Part shown: positions 11,601 to 23,977 of the stretch, one piece after another | Position numbering within the stretch: the first letter of the stretch is position 1 | Layout of the letters: every line of letters starts with the position of its first letter | NCBI GenBank assembly: GCA_020137815.1 | Contig: CM035359.1 | Location: 2,666,001-2,730,000 of the forward strand | Source of the DNA: Hormiphora californensis | Taxonomy: Eukaryota > Animalia > Ctenophora | DNA length: 64,000 bases | Direction of reading: 5' to 3' | The notes under the pieces: model-generated | Database searches by the model: none | Seen by the model: only the letters and a program-made list of their open reading frames with translations | What the model was told of the DNA's origin: nothing | Position numbers and translations under genes: made by a program

Positions 11601-14600
11601 GATCTGAATTGAACTACCTGCTGTGACTTCAACGGAGCTCTCCCTCAGCACAGTCGGTTTAGCGTCTCCAATAGAGCCATCTGAACTGCTGTACACAGTG
11701 ACAGTATGACTAATGACATCAAATGCTTGGGATGTCTTGGAGTTACTCGCTCTGCACTTGTAAACCCCATTGTTCGATGATGTCACGGACATCAACACCA
11801 GAGAGTTTTTAGAGACTTCATAGTTTTCTGGGGAAAGATTAATAATAATTTATCTTTTTTTTAATTAACTCTCTGGTATTGACGTCACGGACATCAACAC
11901 CAGAGAGTTTTTAGAGACCTCATAGTTTTCTGGGGAATTAGTTTTAATAATTAATAAATTAATTAATAATCAAACAATAATTAATAAAAATTATTAATAA
12001 TTGGAAATCTGTTTTATAAGGTCGCTATATATATTAGCGAATTGAGTTCGATATGGCTCGTCAATGTATGGTTGTCTGAGGATCAAAAGCAACACCTAAT
12101 CACACCTAATTAATAAATAGTGCTAATTAATGAATAGTGCTTACCACTGTTGTAACTGAATTCATAGGAACTTTCAAAAGGAACAACAAATCCTGATTTC
12201 TCATCAAACACATCATCGTCCTTGTACCACGTTATCGTCGCAGGAGGGTTGCTAGGGGAGAGAAAGGGGTTGCTAGGGAGAAAGAAGGGAGGGTTGCTAG
12301 GGGAGGGAGGGTTGCTAGGGAGAGAAGGGAGGGTTGCTAGGGGAGAGAAAGGGGTTGTTAGGGAGAGAAGAGAGGGTTGCTAGGGAGGGAAGGGAGAAAG
12401 AGGATTTCGAGGAGAAGATTGCAAGAAAAGAGAAGGGAATGAATTTAACTCACCTATCGACAGAGGGACATTCGAGGATCATAATTGCAGCAGCACTAAA
12501 TTCAGTTATCGACTTAGTCTCCGTTGTAGCTGTCTTCAGATCTGAGAAGGGAGATATGATTGTTAACAATGCGATATGACAGGATGAGCTATAGTTCAGA
12601 AAGTTGCAGCGTAGATATATTTGCTCCACACGCAGGGTGTATATTGATTATTGTTTTAATTAGATTCATTAGAGTGATTTGATTGGTTTTAATGACACGC
12701 AGCGTTCTAGAAACAAGAATTTAGGATAGCGAATTGATTTAAGAATCACACACGGAGGGATGTATAGCTTCACACATACATTTGTACACATTGTACACTT
12801 GAATACATTGTACACTTGTACACACACACACTTAATTGGAACACGAATTATCGACAAATCACACGACACACAAGAAAAGGGATAACTGTATTTTTATTGA
12901 TTGTGCATATGTTAATTAAAGAATTAAGTAACAATTCTTACTTTTCAGTACCTGGTAAACAAGCGACACCGCCTAAAAAACAAAAAAGGAATGAAGATTT
13001 TATATGGGTCACATGGATTTGTTAATTCCCTATCTTATTACTATCAGTGGTAATAAATCATGCGATCAATTTGATATCAACAGTGAATTACTTTCAAAAG
13101 CTATAACCAATGGAATTTTAAGTTATATAATATATATACAGTCGGACCCCGATTTAACGGCCCCCGATTTAGCGGCACCCCGATTTAACGGCAGCATAAT
13201 CTTCCCCCGATATGGGAAATTACCATTATTTGACCCCGATTTAGCGGACACCCCGATTTAACGGACAAAATCCTTTCCCCCGAGGGTGCCGTTAAATCGG
13301 GGTCCGACTGTATATATAATAGAAATCTGATCCCCTAGCAAATGAGTTTTAAATAATATCAATTAATTGTTAATTTTCTACTTACAGTAGTTTTCAATGT
13401 CCACTTTCACGATGTTACTGTAAATAATGTGCTCCCCGTCTTGCGTGGAATCAGAGACCTGTTGGAGGGGATGAATTATTGCAGGGGGGGGGGGGGTGGT
13501 AAGTGATTATAAAATTAATATCGGGCCAAAAACTCCCCAACACCCCAGCAATTAATTGGCAGATTCTCAACATGTGTCTAATAATGTCTTGCACACGGTG
13601 CCCCTGAAGGACGTTCCACCTCGACCGAGTCCCCCAGCAAAACGAACGGTTGTGTGACCTAAAGGGGACTTCTGGGAACTACGCAGGACCGTGGGGGAAA
13701 AGATATGAAAGTAGCCAAAGGAGAAAATCGCATTTAGGGCAAAAAAAACCCAAAAAACGCCATTTTAACAATGTTGCCGTGGATTTAGAGTTCCAATTCC
13801 AGCGGCAATCGATTCGGCGTGTCAAAAAACCCTGGGGTGACTTGATTTTGGTCGAAAAAAAAATAGATTTGAGATTGGAAAATTTGGAATGTAGTGTGAG
13901 AAAAATGACCAAATTCTACATTCCAAATTTTCCAATCTATTCTTTTTTCCGACCAAAATCAAGTCACCCCAGGGTTTTTTGACACGCCGAATCGATTGCC
14001 GCTGGAATTGGAACTCTAAATCCACGGCAACATTGTTAAAATGGCGTTTTTTGGGATTTTTTTGCCCTAAATGCGATTTTCTCCTTTGGCTACTTTCATA
14101 TCTTTTCCCCCACGGTCCTGCGTAGTTCCCAGAGGTCCCCTTTAGGCCACACAACCGTTCGTTTTGCTGGGGGACTCGGTCGAGGTGGAACGTCCTTCAG
14201 GGGCACCGTGTGCAGTAAGGTGATGTCTTGTGATAAGAATTAGTATAAAGGCACCACTAAAAATAAATTCTAATCTACCTCCCTCCCCCAGACACACGCT
14301 GGTTTTAAATGTCGGACATTATATATTGACACCGCCCCCCTAATCTAACACGCCTATACTGATAAGATACATAACAGACTTTAGCGACTGTTAATCCTGC
14401 ACACGCTATACAGTGTGTTGGGTTTAGAGCCCAGCACAGAACGAACGTTTCTAACCTCTACTTTGTAGTCTATAAAAACCTCTACAGTCTACAGGTTTTC
14501 ATTTAAACTTATTGGTATAATAAAATCATAAAACCTCTACAATTCTATACACAGAAGGAATGTTACCTTGCATTGGTAGTATCCAGCGTGGTTAGCATTG

Positions 14601-17153
14601 GCAGAGGTTATAATCAGAGTCCCACTAGAATCAATAGTTTCCCCTGTTACTGCAGTTGACAAGGTAGCTCCTAACTCTGAGGGGAGATTAACCGTTAATT
14701 AACTACTTAATCAACTAATCGGTAGATCCTAACTCTAAGGTGGAAATCTTCTAGGAATCAATCCAATCTGTTAAATTTGAAAATGCTTTTGCCAAAAGTA
14801 CAAGGAGAACAGGTGCAAAATAAATTTTTAGCAATCAACTGCTAATTAACTCGCTATGTAATTAACTAATTAGTTAGTTGACACTTACGAGATGGGAACT
14901 CTGTGCTATAAAACCAGGAAGTTTCAGCTGCATTTGTTACGGAACCAACCACACAGTACAGATCAATACGAGATCCCTCGCTCACTGACTTATCTTCTGG
15001 CTCCCTCTGCCACATTGGCGTTAGCTGCACTGAAGAAAGAAGAAGGGGTGAATTAGGGAAAGAGGGAGAGAGGGGGTGAGTAAGTACTGAGTTAGAGAGA
15101 GGGGGTGTGGTTTGTGGGCTGTAATGTAACGAAGGGGATGAGTCCTCAGTTAACTATACTGTAAGAAAGGATTGGGTAAACATTTTGCAGTCTTGGCTGA
15201 GAGATGGCCGGAGCTAGGGAAGTAGCTGGGAATTAGAGAGTATTGCTATTAGCTTAATATGCTCCATATTTTAAGGGGGCCTTATGGGGGTGGCATTATG
15301 GGGTTGGCATAATAATTATAGGGGTGGCCTTATAGTTGGAATCAGATTTAAATATACTTCTTATAAGAAGTTCACTGCATTTTAAATTTCTCCGATGGTT
15401 CGGACTTTGGAAGATCGAAGTAGCTATGGAGATCATTTCATTATCTCACAAGAAATGAACTCTGATCTTATTATAATAAGATCAGAGTTCATTCATTTCT
15501 TGTGAGAAATTTAAAATAATATATTATTCTGCTAAAATCAACACATACGGTATGGGGAGAGAATCATGATGGTTCGGATTTTAGAGATTATTTGAGGGGG
15601 CCTATGGGGGTGGCCTTATGGTGGCCTTATAGTGCTGGGAGTATGATGGGAATCAAATTTACGAAGTTTACTGCATTTTATTTTTACGATGGTTCGGGAA
15701 CAGGGATCGAAATAGTAGCTGTGGAGTTGTGGGGATCATTTCATTATCTTTCACAATAGAAATCACAAAATGAACTCTCTCTCCCTCTCAAGTGAGAGAA
15801 CTCTGCTGAAATCAACACAAAATCACACACACCTAACACCAAATCACACACACCTAACACCAAATCACACATAAAAACCCCAAATCACACAAAAACCCTA
15901 AATCACACACAAAAACCCCCTAAATCGCACACACACACACAAGGAAACACACTCAAACTTACTAAACCGGTTTTTAGGCCGTTTATTGTATTTTCTTGGT
16001 GAGTCATTATTCGCTTTCGCAGCAACACCTACACCGTGATGGTAAGAGGTGTAATTTTCAGCTTGTAAAACTGATCAAAGTTGATAGACGTTTCAAGTTC
16101 ATTGTTAATTTCCGGGCTGGAAATTCCCAAAATTCTTACTAAAAACTAAACTATAACTTGAAATCTCAGACTCACGTGTTCTTTTTTTCCTCCTCGCCCG
16201 GGATGAGGGATGTAAATCTATCCTCACATGGGAATCATCAGCTGCCTCTATTGTAAAGGGCTCGGAACCGATACCAGGGTGTGAGCAGATCCGATAATTT
16301 AGCTCCACTTGACTCAGATCGAGGAGACCTTTTTTAGCGCACCCCGCTGGGCATTTCAATCTGAAACAGAGAAAGGGGTCTTTAGGAACAATCTGAGATA
16401 GTTGAGATAAAGAACTGAGAAGGGGTCGTTATGAGACTGGGAGAGCTAGTGGGTCAGTTTGAGGGGTCGCTATAAGACTGAGAGGGGAGATAGAGGGGAG
16501 TTTTTAGAGGGACGGTGGATGGTCACCAGAAGAAAGGTGTAGAGAGGGAGTTAGTGAATTTTATAGATTCAATTTGTGGTAACGAGGAATGGTGTGAAAT
16601 CATCCTTTTGAGATGAAAAACTAGGGAATCTAGGCTCTCTTTATGAAGCTATCTAACTCCAGCTATATTCGCTACAAAGGAGCAGATTATGAAGGGAGAG
16701 TTGCTGAGCAATGAATGGGACATGAGTTCAATTGAATCGAATATGGGAAGATAAACCATGAGTTTGGAAAGGGGGATGGAATGCAACAAAATACCGCGGT
16801 ATCGGGATTATTCCTACCGCAAACTAACACCCGGGGAGGGGGTGGAGGGAGGGGTGGAGGGGGTGGAGGGGCTAAATAATAGTAGGTGAGAGAACATGTT
16901 ACTGTTTGGTATGACGTGAGTTCTTGGGAACAAGTCGGGGGGGGGGACTTCTTCTACTTAAATATTGAGAAGTTGGTAAAAAACAATGGCTGGTATTTTT
17001 ACTAATAAGTTGTACTTACTTAATTTTACGATCTATAGACTGGTGAAGGGAGGGTATACGGTAGTTACACGATACACTTATCGTGGGGATAAGGGTCTCT
17101 GATACGATGAATAACTCAGCTAACAGAAGACATAGTATTGCCATTGAGTTCAT
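8657..17153 (-). CDS. Immunoglobulin-superfamily cell adhesion protein (signal peptide, prodomain with RRKKR site, 5 Ig domains, GPI-type hydrophobic C-terminus), 661 aa, contactin/L1/hemicentin-like
   Basis: 14 phase-consistent GT-AG exons: 17153-17020, 16360-16176, 15029-14889, 14676-14567, 13458-13386, 12541-12454, 12251-12145, 11827-11618, 11540-11413, 11243-11135, 11021-10901, 10225-10059, 9930-9823, 8961-8657 (1986 nt). Starts MNSMAILCLLLAELFIVSET. Ig motifs LYC..W..GYYQC, LECP..WYK..GVYKC, LYC..WEK..DLYKC, IPC..DSGVYQC, LSC..W..DGGVYTC. Ends SSGSSRTILGLLLSLILAML*. Confidence 0.9.
8962..9445. repeat. Intronic degenerate minisatellite (GTTGTTAGGGAGTGGGG)n containing a partial exon copy
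   Basis: Directly visible. On the gene's sense strand the units read CCCTAACAAC. Confidence 0.9.
13139..13310. mobile_element. pogo/Tc1-mariner-type MITE, 172 bp, TA target
   Basis: TA-CAGTCGGACCCCGATTTAACGG ... CCGTTAAATCGGGGTCCGACTG-TA, with internal CCCCGATTTA subrepeats. Confidence 0.9.
13594..14210. mobile_element. Near-perfect 617-bp palindromic non-autonomous DNA transposon with CAC...GTG ends and TGCA flanks (CMC/Chapaev-like)
   Basis: ~300-bp arms with few mismatches around a ~20-bp loop near 13885-13915. TGCA on both sides (13590-93, 14211-14). It produces the mirror ORFs 13650+ and 13822-. Confidence 0.85.
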
Positions 17154-17833
17154 GGCTAGATAACAGAGGGGAATGTGGTTAGATAAAAAATGTGGTTAGA
17201 TAAGAAATGTGGTTAGATAAGAAATATGGTTAAATACGACTAGGAAAATGTGGTTAGAGGTGGTTAGATATTGGATGTTATGTTCTAACCCTCCTTTACA
17301 GAGAGGGTCGATCGAGGAAAGTGGTTTTATACGAAAGTGGTTAGAAAATCCAAGGGCAATGGGAAAACAGTCGTGACTGAACCTCAGGTTCAGGTCACGG
17401 CTATTCACCTCTGAGATGTTAGGACCAAGCAAGGGCAAAATGATTTTACCCCACAGATTCTAAGAAGATAGTCGATAGAATTCGAACAAGATGAGCTGGA
17501 GCAAAACCAAGAAAAAGCAGAGACATGGATCTTCAAAAACAAGAAAAAGTAGAGATATGGATCTTCAAAAGTTTTGGCATGCACCAGTTTCTAGGAAAAA
17601 GGCCCAAATTCAGAGGAAAAAGGCCAAAGGGGATATTACTTGGCCCAAATTTAATCAATGTTGCAGAACTGAAAAACCAGAAAAAACAAAGCAATTTGAA
17701 GGAAATTTCAAAACTCAAATCTGACCACAAAGTATATCAATGCTCACTTCTTTCAGTCTAATCTCACACCGATCTACCCACCTTGTCTAGCTCTCTGGGC
17801 GAATGACTGGGTGTCTAGCCAGACCGTCTCTTA

Positions 17834-17836
<3 letters not shown>

Positions 17837-17897
<61 letters not shown>

Positions 17898-18022
17898 TTT
17901 CTTCTCTGATTTGCCTGTCACATGATCACTTCCGCTAAGAAACATGAGCCCAATTTCACAGATCTAGTTAGCTCACTTATAACTGTTTTCTTCTCAATCC
18001 TACTCTTACTCTCCTGCTCAGT

Positions 18023-18082
<60 letters not shown>

Positions 18083-18624
18083 CACCCCTGTCTCTTTAGC
18101 TTCTGTCTGCATGCCTCATTATTATTATTCTCATCTTTCCTTGGCTATAAAATTATGAAAACTAAATCAAGCATGAGGATAATTCCAAATAATAAATGCA
18201 GTAAAACGATTTTAAGCAATATATAGATAGAAAGAGACAGGGAAAGAGAGAGAGAGAGACAAACAGCTTTACCGCACAGCATCGCGTTTGGAGAAGAAGT
18301 AGAGCATCGTGTTTGGCCTTAAAAATAATATAATAATGATACGATGAGAGGGTTTTGAAGCCCCTGATTCATCTTTCTATCTGTCTCTCTTTCTCTTTCT
18401 CTCACCCCTCTCAACCTCCCAATCTCTCTCCCACTCTCTCTCTCGAATCTCCATCGTAGCTAATGAAATTCTAGACACATAAGGGAGTAAAAAACATCGG
18501 GAACTTTGGGCGGGTAGAAACAAAGAGGGAATTCCACGGATCGGAACTTTTTAATCGAAAAAGGAACTGGGGAGAGAAGGAAGTAGAGAAATTTAAAATC
18601 TAAATGCACCATGAAAGCTAAAAG

Positions 18625-18697
<73 letters not shown>
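17837..18697. repeat. Cluster of (CT)n/(GA)n microsatellites; similar tracts at 22278-22716, 43083-43251 and 59450-59980
   Basis: Directly visible. They account for the SLSLSL/RERERE ORFs. Confidence 0.95.
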
Positions 18698-18698
<1 letters not shown>

Positions 18699-18798
18699 AT
18701 TATTTATTTCCTGCAGGAGCACTTAAAGTTCTAACGAGGTCACATACAGTTGTCCCAAAGTACAACTAAATCGATAATTGGTACCAATATGATAATTA

Positions 18799-19634
18799 CA
18801 TTCGGACCCCGATTTAACGGCACCCTCGGGGGAAAGGGTTTTGTCCGTTAAATCGGGGTGTCCGTTAAATCGGGGTAGAGCATATTTTGGCCCATAAAAC
18901 CCTATTTTTGTCCAAAATACTATATTATACTATACCTCTAAGTAAATGCAATGTCCATGTATTGATTACATGATCATTTCTGATTAGAAAAAGAAAATAA
19001 TTTAAAAAATTTTTAAAAAAGTTATAAAAATTTTCTAAGGTACGTGTACTGGTATATCAACCACGTCCGAATCGTATATCGAATCAGTGCATCTTATCGC
19101 ATGTCTTGCTGCTAATTAGACGGTTCGAAACGAACCGATACGTGATACCATGCCGAATCGGGGCACTTTAAGCGGGGTGAGGAAGAATTCGAATTTCAAA
19201 ATATCTTTTTCTCTGAAAATTCATGGGGAGCACCGATCAAAGCATTGACAATCATTCTGTAAAATTTTCCAAAAAAAAGTTATGAAAATTTTTCAAAGAG
19301 ATCGTGTTTCGAATCAGTGCATCTTATCGCACGTCCTGTTGCTAATTAGACGGTTCGAAACGAACCGATACGTGATCCCCATGGGGCCAGTTTAACAAGC
19401 GTCAAAATTGCGATTCGATGGGCCTCAATATGGGGATCACATATCTGTTCGTTTCGAACCGTCTAATTACCGGCAAGACATGCAATAAGGTGCACCGATT
19501 CGAAACACGATTCGGACGTGGTTACACCTTTGAAAAATTTCAAAAAAAAACTCAAAATTTTTTTGGGGGAAATTTATCCTGCCGTTAAATCGGGGTGCCG
19601 CTAAATCGGGGGCCGTTAAATCGGGGTCCGACTG
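18799..19634. mobile_element. 836-bp member of the same TA-targeting MITE family as 13139-13310
   Basis: Same TIR (CA[T/G]TCGGACCCCGATTTAACGG), TA flanks, and internal direct and inverted ~75-bp repeats (19060-19530). Confidence 0.9.
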
Positions 19635-19886
19635 TATGTACTTTCAATTAAGCCAGCAAATACGACAAGGTACAAAATGCAATTGCGAAACGCTCCATAT
19701 GTCCTATATCGACACATTCCTACACAGATATTGTTCACTGTCTAAAAAACAATTGAGACAAAGATCTTCTTCTTCTGCTGCTACGTTCACGGTAATCCAA
19801 ATAGTGCACAGAAATAGGGTCGAGCAAAGCTAGGGTATAGCATACAACAACAGATCACCCCTCTATAATAAACCAGGGTCTTCCCC

Positions 19887-20522
19887 CAGCTGTTCTGTAC
19901 ACTTGCACATCATTTGCTCAACAGAAAAACGAATAAGCTGCGACGAAGGGAGAGGGAGAGGGGGAGACTCAAGAATGCCATTGAAAAGCCCTGCTGAGGG
20001 GCGAAAAGGGACTAAAGACAACAAAATTGAGAAATCGGAGACCTGATTCGAGCACAAAAAGTTTTAAGTATCCTAGGGAGCTATAAATATATGTTCAATG
20101 AGATTGAGAGAAATAGGGTACACACATCACACAGAAGGGTTGTGGGATGAAATCGAAACTGAAACTGATCGAACTCACCAAATACCGATATCGCCTACCA
20201 TTTCTAGATCCACAGCTGTTCTGTACTCTTGCACATCATTTGCTCAAGAGAAAAACGAATAAGGCGACGAAGGGAGAGAGGGGGGGGAGAGACTCAAGAA
20301 TGCCATTGAAAAGCCCTGCTGAGGGGCGAAAAGGGACTAAAGACAACAAAATTGTGAAATCGGAGACCTGATTTGAGCACAAAAAGTTTTAAGTATCCTA
20401 GGGAGCTATAAATATATGTTCAATGAGATTGAGAGAAATAGGGTACACACATCACACAGAAGGGTTGTGGGATGAAATCGAAACCACCAAATATCGATAT
20501 CGCCTACCATTTCTAGATTCCA
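19887..20522. repeat. Tandem direct duplication, unit ~325 bp
   Basis: cagctgttctgtac...ctaccatttctagat occurs at 19887-20208 and 20213-20518 with few differences. Confidence 0.9.
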
Positions 20523-21743
20523 CCGGCCGTAGCTCTCTCTCTCCCTTTTCCCTCTCTCTCTCTCTCTCTCGTCTTTACCCCCTTGTCCCAATATCAACAA
20601 TGGGTCATCTTTCAATTACTACCATCACACATACATACACGTGCACTGGCTCTTGCCACGTGAAACGATCAGCCCTAGTGAAACCTAAACCACATGCACA
20701 CACGAGCTAGGTTTGCCTTTTTTAACAGAGAACCTGCGTTTGAAGCAGAAAGTGAGAAATACAAGTTTCTCAATTTTCTGACAAGAAAGTTTCGAAATTG
20801 TCAGATTGACACTAGGAAGTAGTAGAAATAATAAAATATAGGCACTGAAATGAATATGAATAATCTGTTTATAGGACATGAGGAGAAGGAGAAGGAGAAA
20901 TAATGCTGCCAACAGCTCAAATTTAGATTTTGAAAGTTTCTAAATTTGTGATTCAAAATTCACACCCATGCTAAACCGCGGTTTCATGAACAGAGAAATA
21001 GAAAGATAGAAAGATAGAAAAATAGGTAGAGAAAGATAGAAAGAGAGGTAGAGAAAGCTAGAAAGAGAGGTAGAGAGAGAGGGGACAGCGAGGTAGAGAG
21101 AAAGAAAGAGGTTGACAGAGAGAGATAGAAAAACAGAAGTTCACCATCACCGACTTGTGTGGCACCAGGCAAGTACTAGTACAAAGCAGCAGTATAGTAA
21201 TTAACAGGTGTGACGGATGGGTAATAATAGCTTCAGATAGATAGGAACAAACCGGGCCTCCAACAACTGGATAAATAGGAGCAAACCACCTCAGATAAAC
21301 TGAGGTGGTTTGCTGAGCAGAACAACTCCTCGAACCCTAAATTCTCAAAGTTCACCAGATCTCGATTTCTCATGCATCTCGAGCATATGACGGAGTGCTA
21401 TCCAGACTAGTCTCCCCTAAAACTGTAGATCAGTTTGAGTGTGCAAACAGCCCTGGCTGAGCTAGTATCACTCCCCAGTCCCTGGCTGGGCTAGTAGGGG
21501 TATTCCTGCTAGTAGGGGTCGTCACACAATTCCAGTAAAGCCAGGTACAAACCGGGAACAATAAGCTCACTACTAGGAAGAAAGAGGTCGAGATAAGATC
21601 TGGTCAAATGATAAGGGGCGACAAAAGGTCAATGACGGTCCTGCAGATCGCATTACAGTTCATGCATGTACCAGGGTTGTACCAACATCACATATTGGCA
21701 TGCCTCGGGGCATGTAACAAGGAACAAGACAACAATATAACTC

Positions 21744-22219
21744 TCAGACCCCCTTGTAAGGGGGGTGGGGGCAGTTCTAAGATAAGATAAGAGGGTGTCT
21801 GGGTGGACAATATCTCACTGGGATCCGGAGCTGGGAATTGTTTCCAAACAGATTATCAAACTTTAGAGTTGTATCGTGCCAGGTGTTCATTGGTACCCCC
21901 TGCAGGAGCAGTCCAGCATGTGGACTGGTGGGGCACTAGGAGAGAGAAAGACTGGGGAGAGAGACTGGATTGGAACTGGGGAGAGGGGGTGTGTCCTCAC
22001 TGTCCAGTATGAACTTGTGGGGCAGATGCTGGACTAGGAGAGACTAGATTGTGGTGCCGTGGAATCATGAAGGAGACAAGAAAGAAACGGATGGACGGGG
22101 GGAGGGAGGAAGGGAGATACTGTAGCAGGAAAGGGAGAGAGGGAGAGAAAGAGACTGGAGCGGGAAAGAGAGAAAAAGAAGGCGGGAAAATAACAGTATA
22201 GGACTGAATATGAACACAT
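21744..22219 (-). CDS. Tentative 4-exon, 93-aa small secreted Cys/Pro-rich protein
   Basis: Exons 22219-22121, 22033-22001, 21935-21819, 21776-21744, all phase 0, with GT donors (gtatct, gtgagg, gtgaga) and pyrimidine-rich AG acceptors. MCSYSVLYCYFPAFFFSLSRS...SSICPTSSYWT CPTSPHAGLLLQGVPMNTWHDTTLKFDNLFGNNSQLRIP NCPHPPYKGV*. No recognised homology, and the last intron is only 42 bp. Confidence 0.3.
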
Positions 22220-22277
22220 AGGTGGTAGGGTATGTGCCTTATCATGATCGAGCATTATTCACATCGGTGTGTGAGAT

Positions 22278-22367
<90 letters not shown>

Positions 22368-22559
22368 CCTCTCTCTCTCCCTTCCGTCTAGAAAGCCACG
22401 TGATGCTTATCTTTTGATTGAATATTTATTGCACCGCCCTTTGGTCGACGACCTGATCATCGGGCTTGGAGAGATCGTTATGAAGACTAAGGGAGAGATC
22501 GTTGTGAAAACGAAGGGAGAGATTGTTATGAAAACAAAAGAAGAGATCGGCGTTTGGAA

Positions 22560-22608
<49 letters not shown>

Positions 22609-22611
22609 AGA

Positions 22612-22648
<37 letters not shown>

Positions 22649-22665
22649 AAGAGAGACGAGAGAGT

Positions 22666-22720
<55 letters not shown>

Positions 22721-22833
22721 TCAGGAGCTTGAGACAGACTGAGGTCCAGTGTTGTCTACTACTGCACCACCACAGCTCCTACCCGACCAGATAATATGAC
22801 TCTTTATCCGGCTTCTTATGACGACATCACAAG

Positions 22834-23938
22834 TTAAGATGGGATCCACAAAGTTCCAAAAGTATTAGTAGAGGGGTTGGAGCACTGGGAGGTAATGAGT
22901 AAACACACACACAAGCTCAATGTTTAGCTATTCTCCGGCTGGGTATTATAGCCCTATACTGGGTATTATAGCCCTATACTCAGCCGGAGAATAGCTAAAC
23001 ATTGAGCTTGTGTGTATGTTTAGTGTTTAGGTACTCATTCCAAAAGTATTTCAATGCCTTGCTCGACCCTCTCGAGTCTCACCACACAAATTTTGCAAAA
23101 CCAGGGTTTAAAAAATTTAAAAAAAATTAAATCTAAGAATATTAAAAAAAGATGAATTTGATATCAAAATGATGAGATCAATATCGTCATGAGCATGGTA
23201 AACTAAATGAACTGAAAAACTCTAGCTCCCTATCCTGACACAAACAATGTTAAGAAAGAGAGACTGTTTGTGTACCCTCCCTGGTGTGTAGAGTGAGTGC
23301 AAGCTTGTCATGGCACCGCTGTAGACACAGTGGGGCAGGGGGAAGTTGTACTTAGAGAAATGAGACGTATCTACTTGATGGTAGAGGGGGATAGGGTATA
23401 GACACAAACCAAACCAAGGGTATAGACACAAACCAAACCAAGGGTATAGACACAAACCAAACCAAGGGTATAGACACAAACCAAACCAAGGGTATAGACA
23501 CAAACCAAACCAAGGGTATAGACACAAACCAAACCAAGGGTAGACACAAACCAAACCAAGGGTATAGACACAAACCAAACCAAGGGTAGACACAAACCAA
23601 ACCAAGGGTAGACACAAACCAAACCAAGGGTATAGACACAAACCAAACCAAGGGTATAGACACAAACCAAACCAAGGGTATAGACACAAACCAAACCAAG
23701 GGTATAGACACAAACCAAACCAAGGGTATAGACACAAACCAAACCAAGGGTATAGACACAAACCAAACCAAGGGTATAGACACAAACCAAACCAAGGGTA
23801 TAGACACAAACCAAACCAAGGGTATAGACACAAACCAAACCAAGGGTATAGACACAGTACGCACTCAGAGAAGGAAATAATGTCAAAAATTGATGTAGAA
23901 ATTACACCCAGAATAGTATAGATTAGATTGAGAATCAT
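22834..23938 (-). CDS. Tentative small secreted protein; either spliced (23938-23836, 23370-23276, 22884-22834; 82 aa) or read through the 24-bp array (238-aa ORF with 16 YPWFG)
   Basis: Hydrophobic N-terminus MILNLIYTILGVISTS. The frame before and after the array is the same, and phase-consistent GT-AG sites exist. No recognised homology. Confidence 0.3.
22908..23015. repeat. Hairpin (~33-bp arms) with a 19-bp tandem duplication in the loop
   Basis: acacaagctcaatgtttagctattctccggctg / cagccggagaatagctaaacattgagcttgtgt, loop (gggtattatagccctatact)x2. Confidence 0.85.
23392..23856. repeat. 24-bp minisatellite (AGGGTATAGACACAAACCAAACCA)n, ~19 copies, three of them 22 bp
   Basis: Directly visible. 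Confidence 0.95.
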
Positions 23939-23977
23939 TGCGTGACGAGAAGAAATAATAAGTAAAAAGTAAAACGC

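Noticed and set aside
13594-14210. CACGGTG ends as V(D)J recombination signals in an Ig-domain gene
   Set aside because: No nonamer at 12/23 spacing and no gene segments. It is explained as a transposon TIR.
22222-22794. 190-aa ORF with GEIVMKTK repeats
   Set aside because: Mostly (CT)n/(GA)n microsatellite plus a short 24-bp triplication; no protein features.
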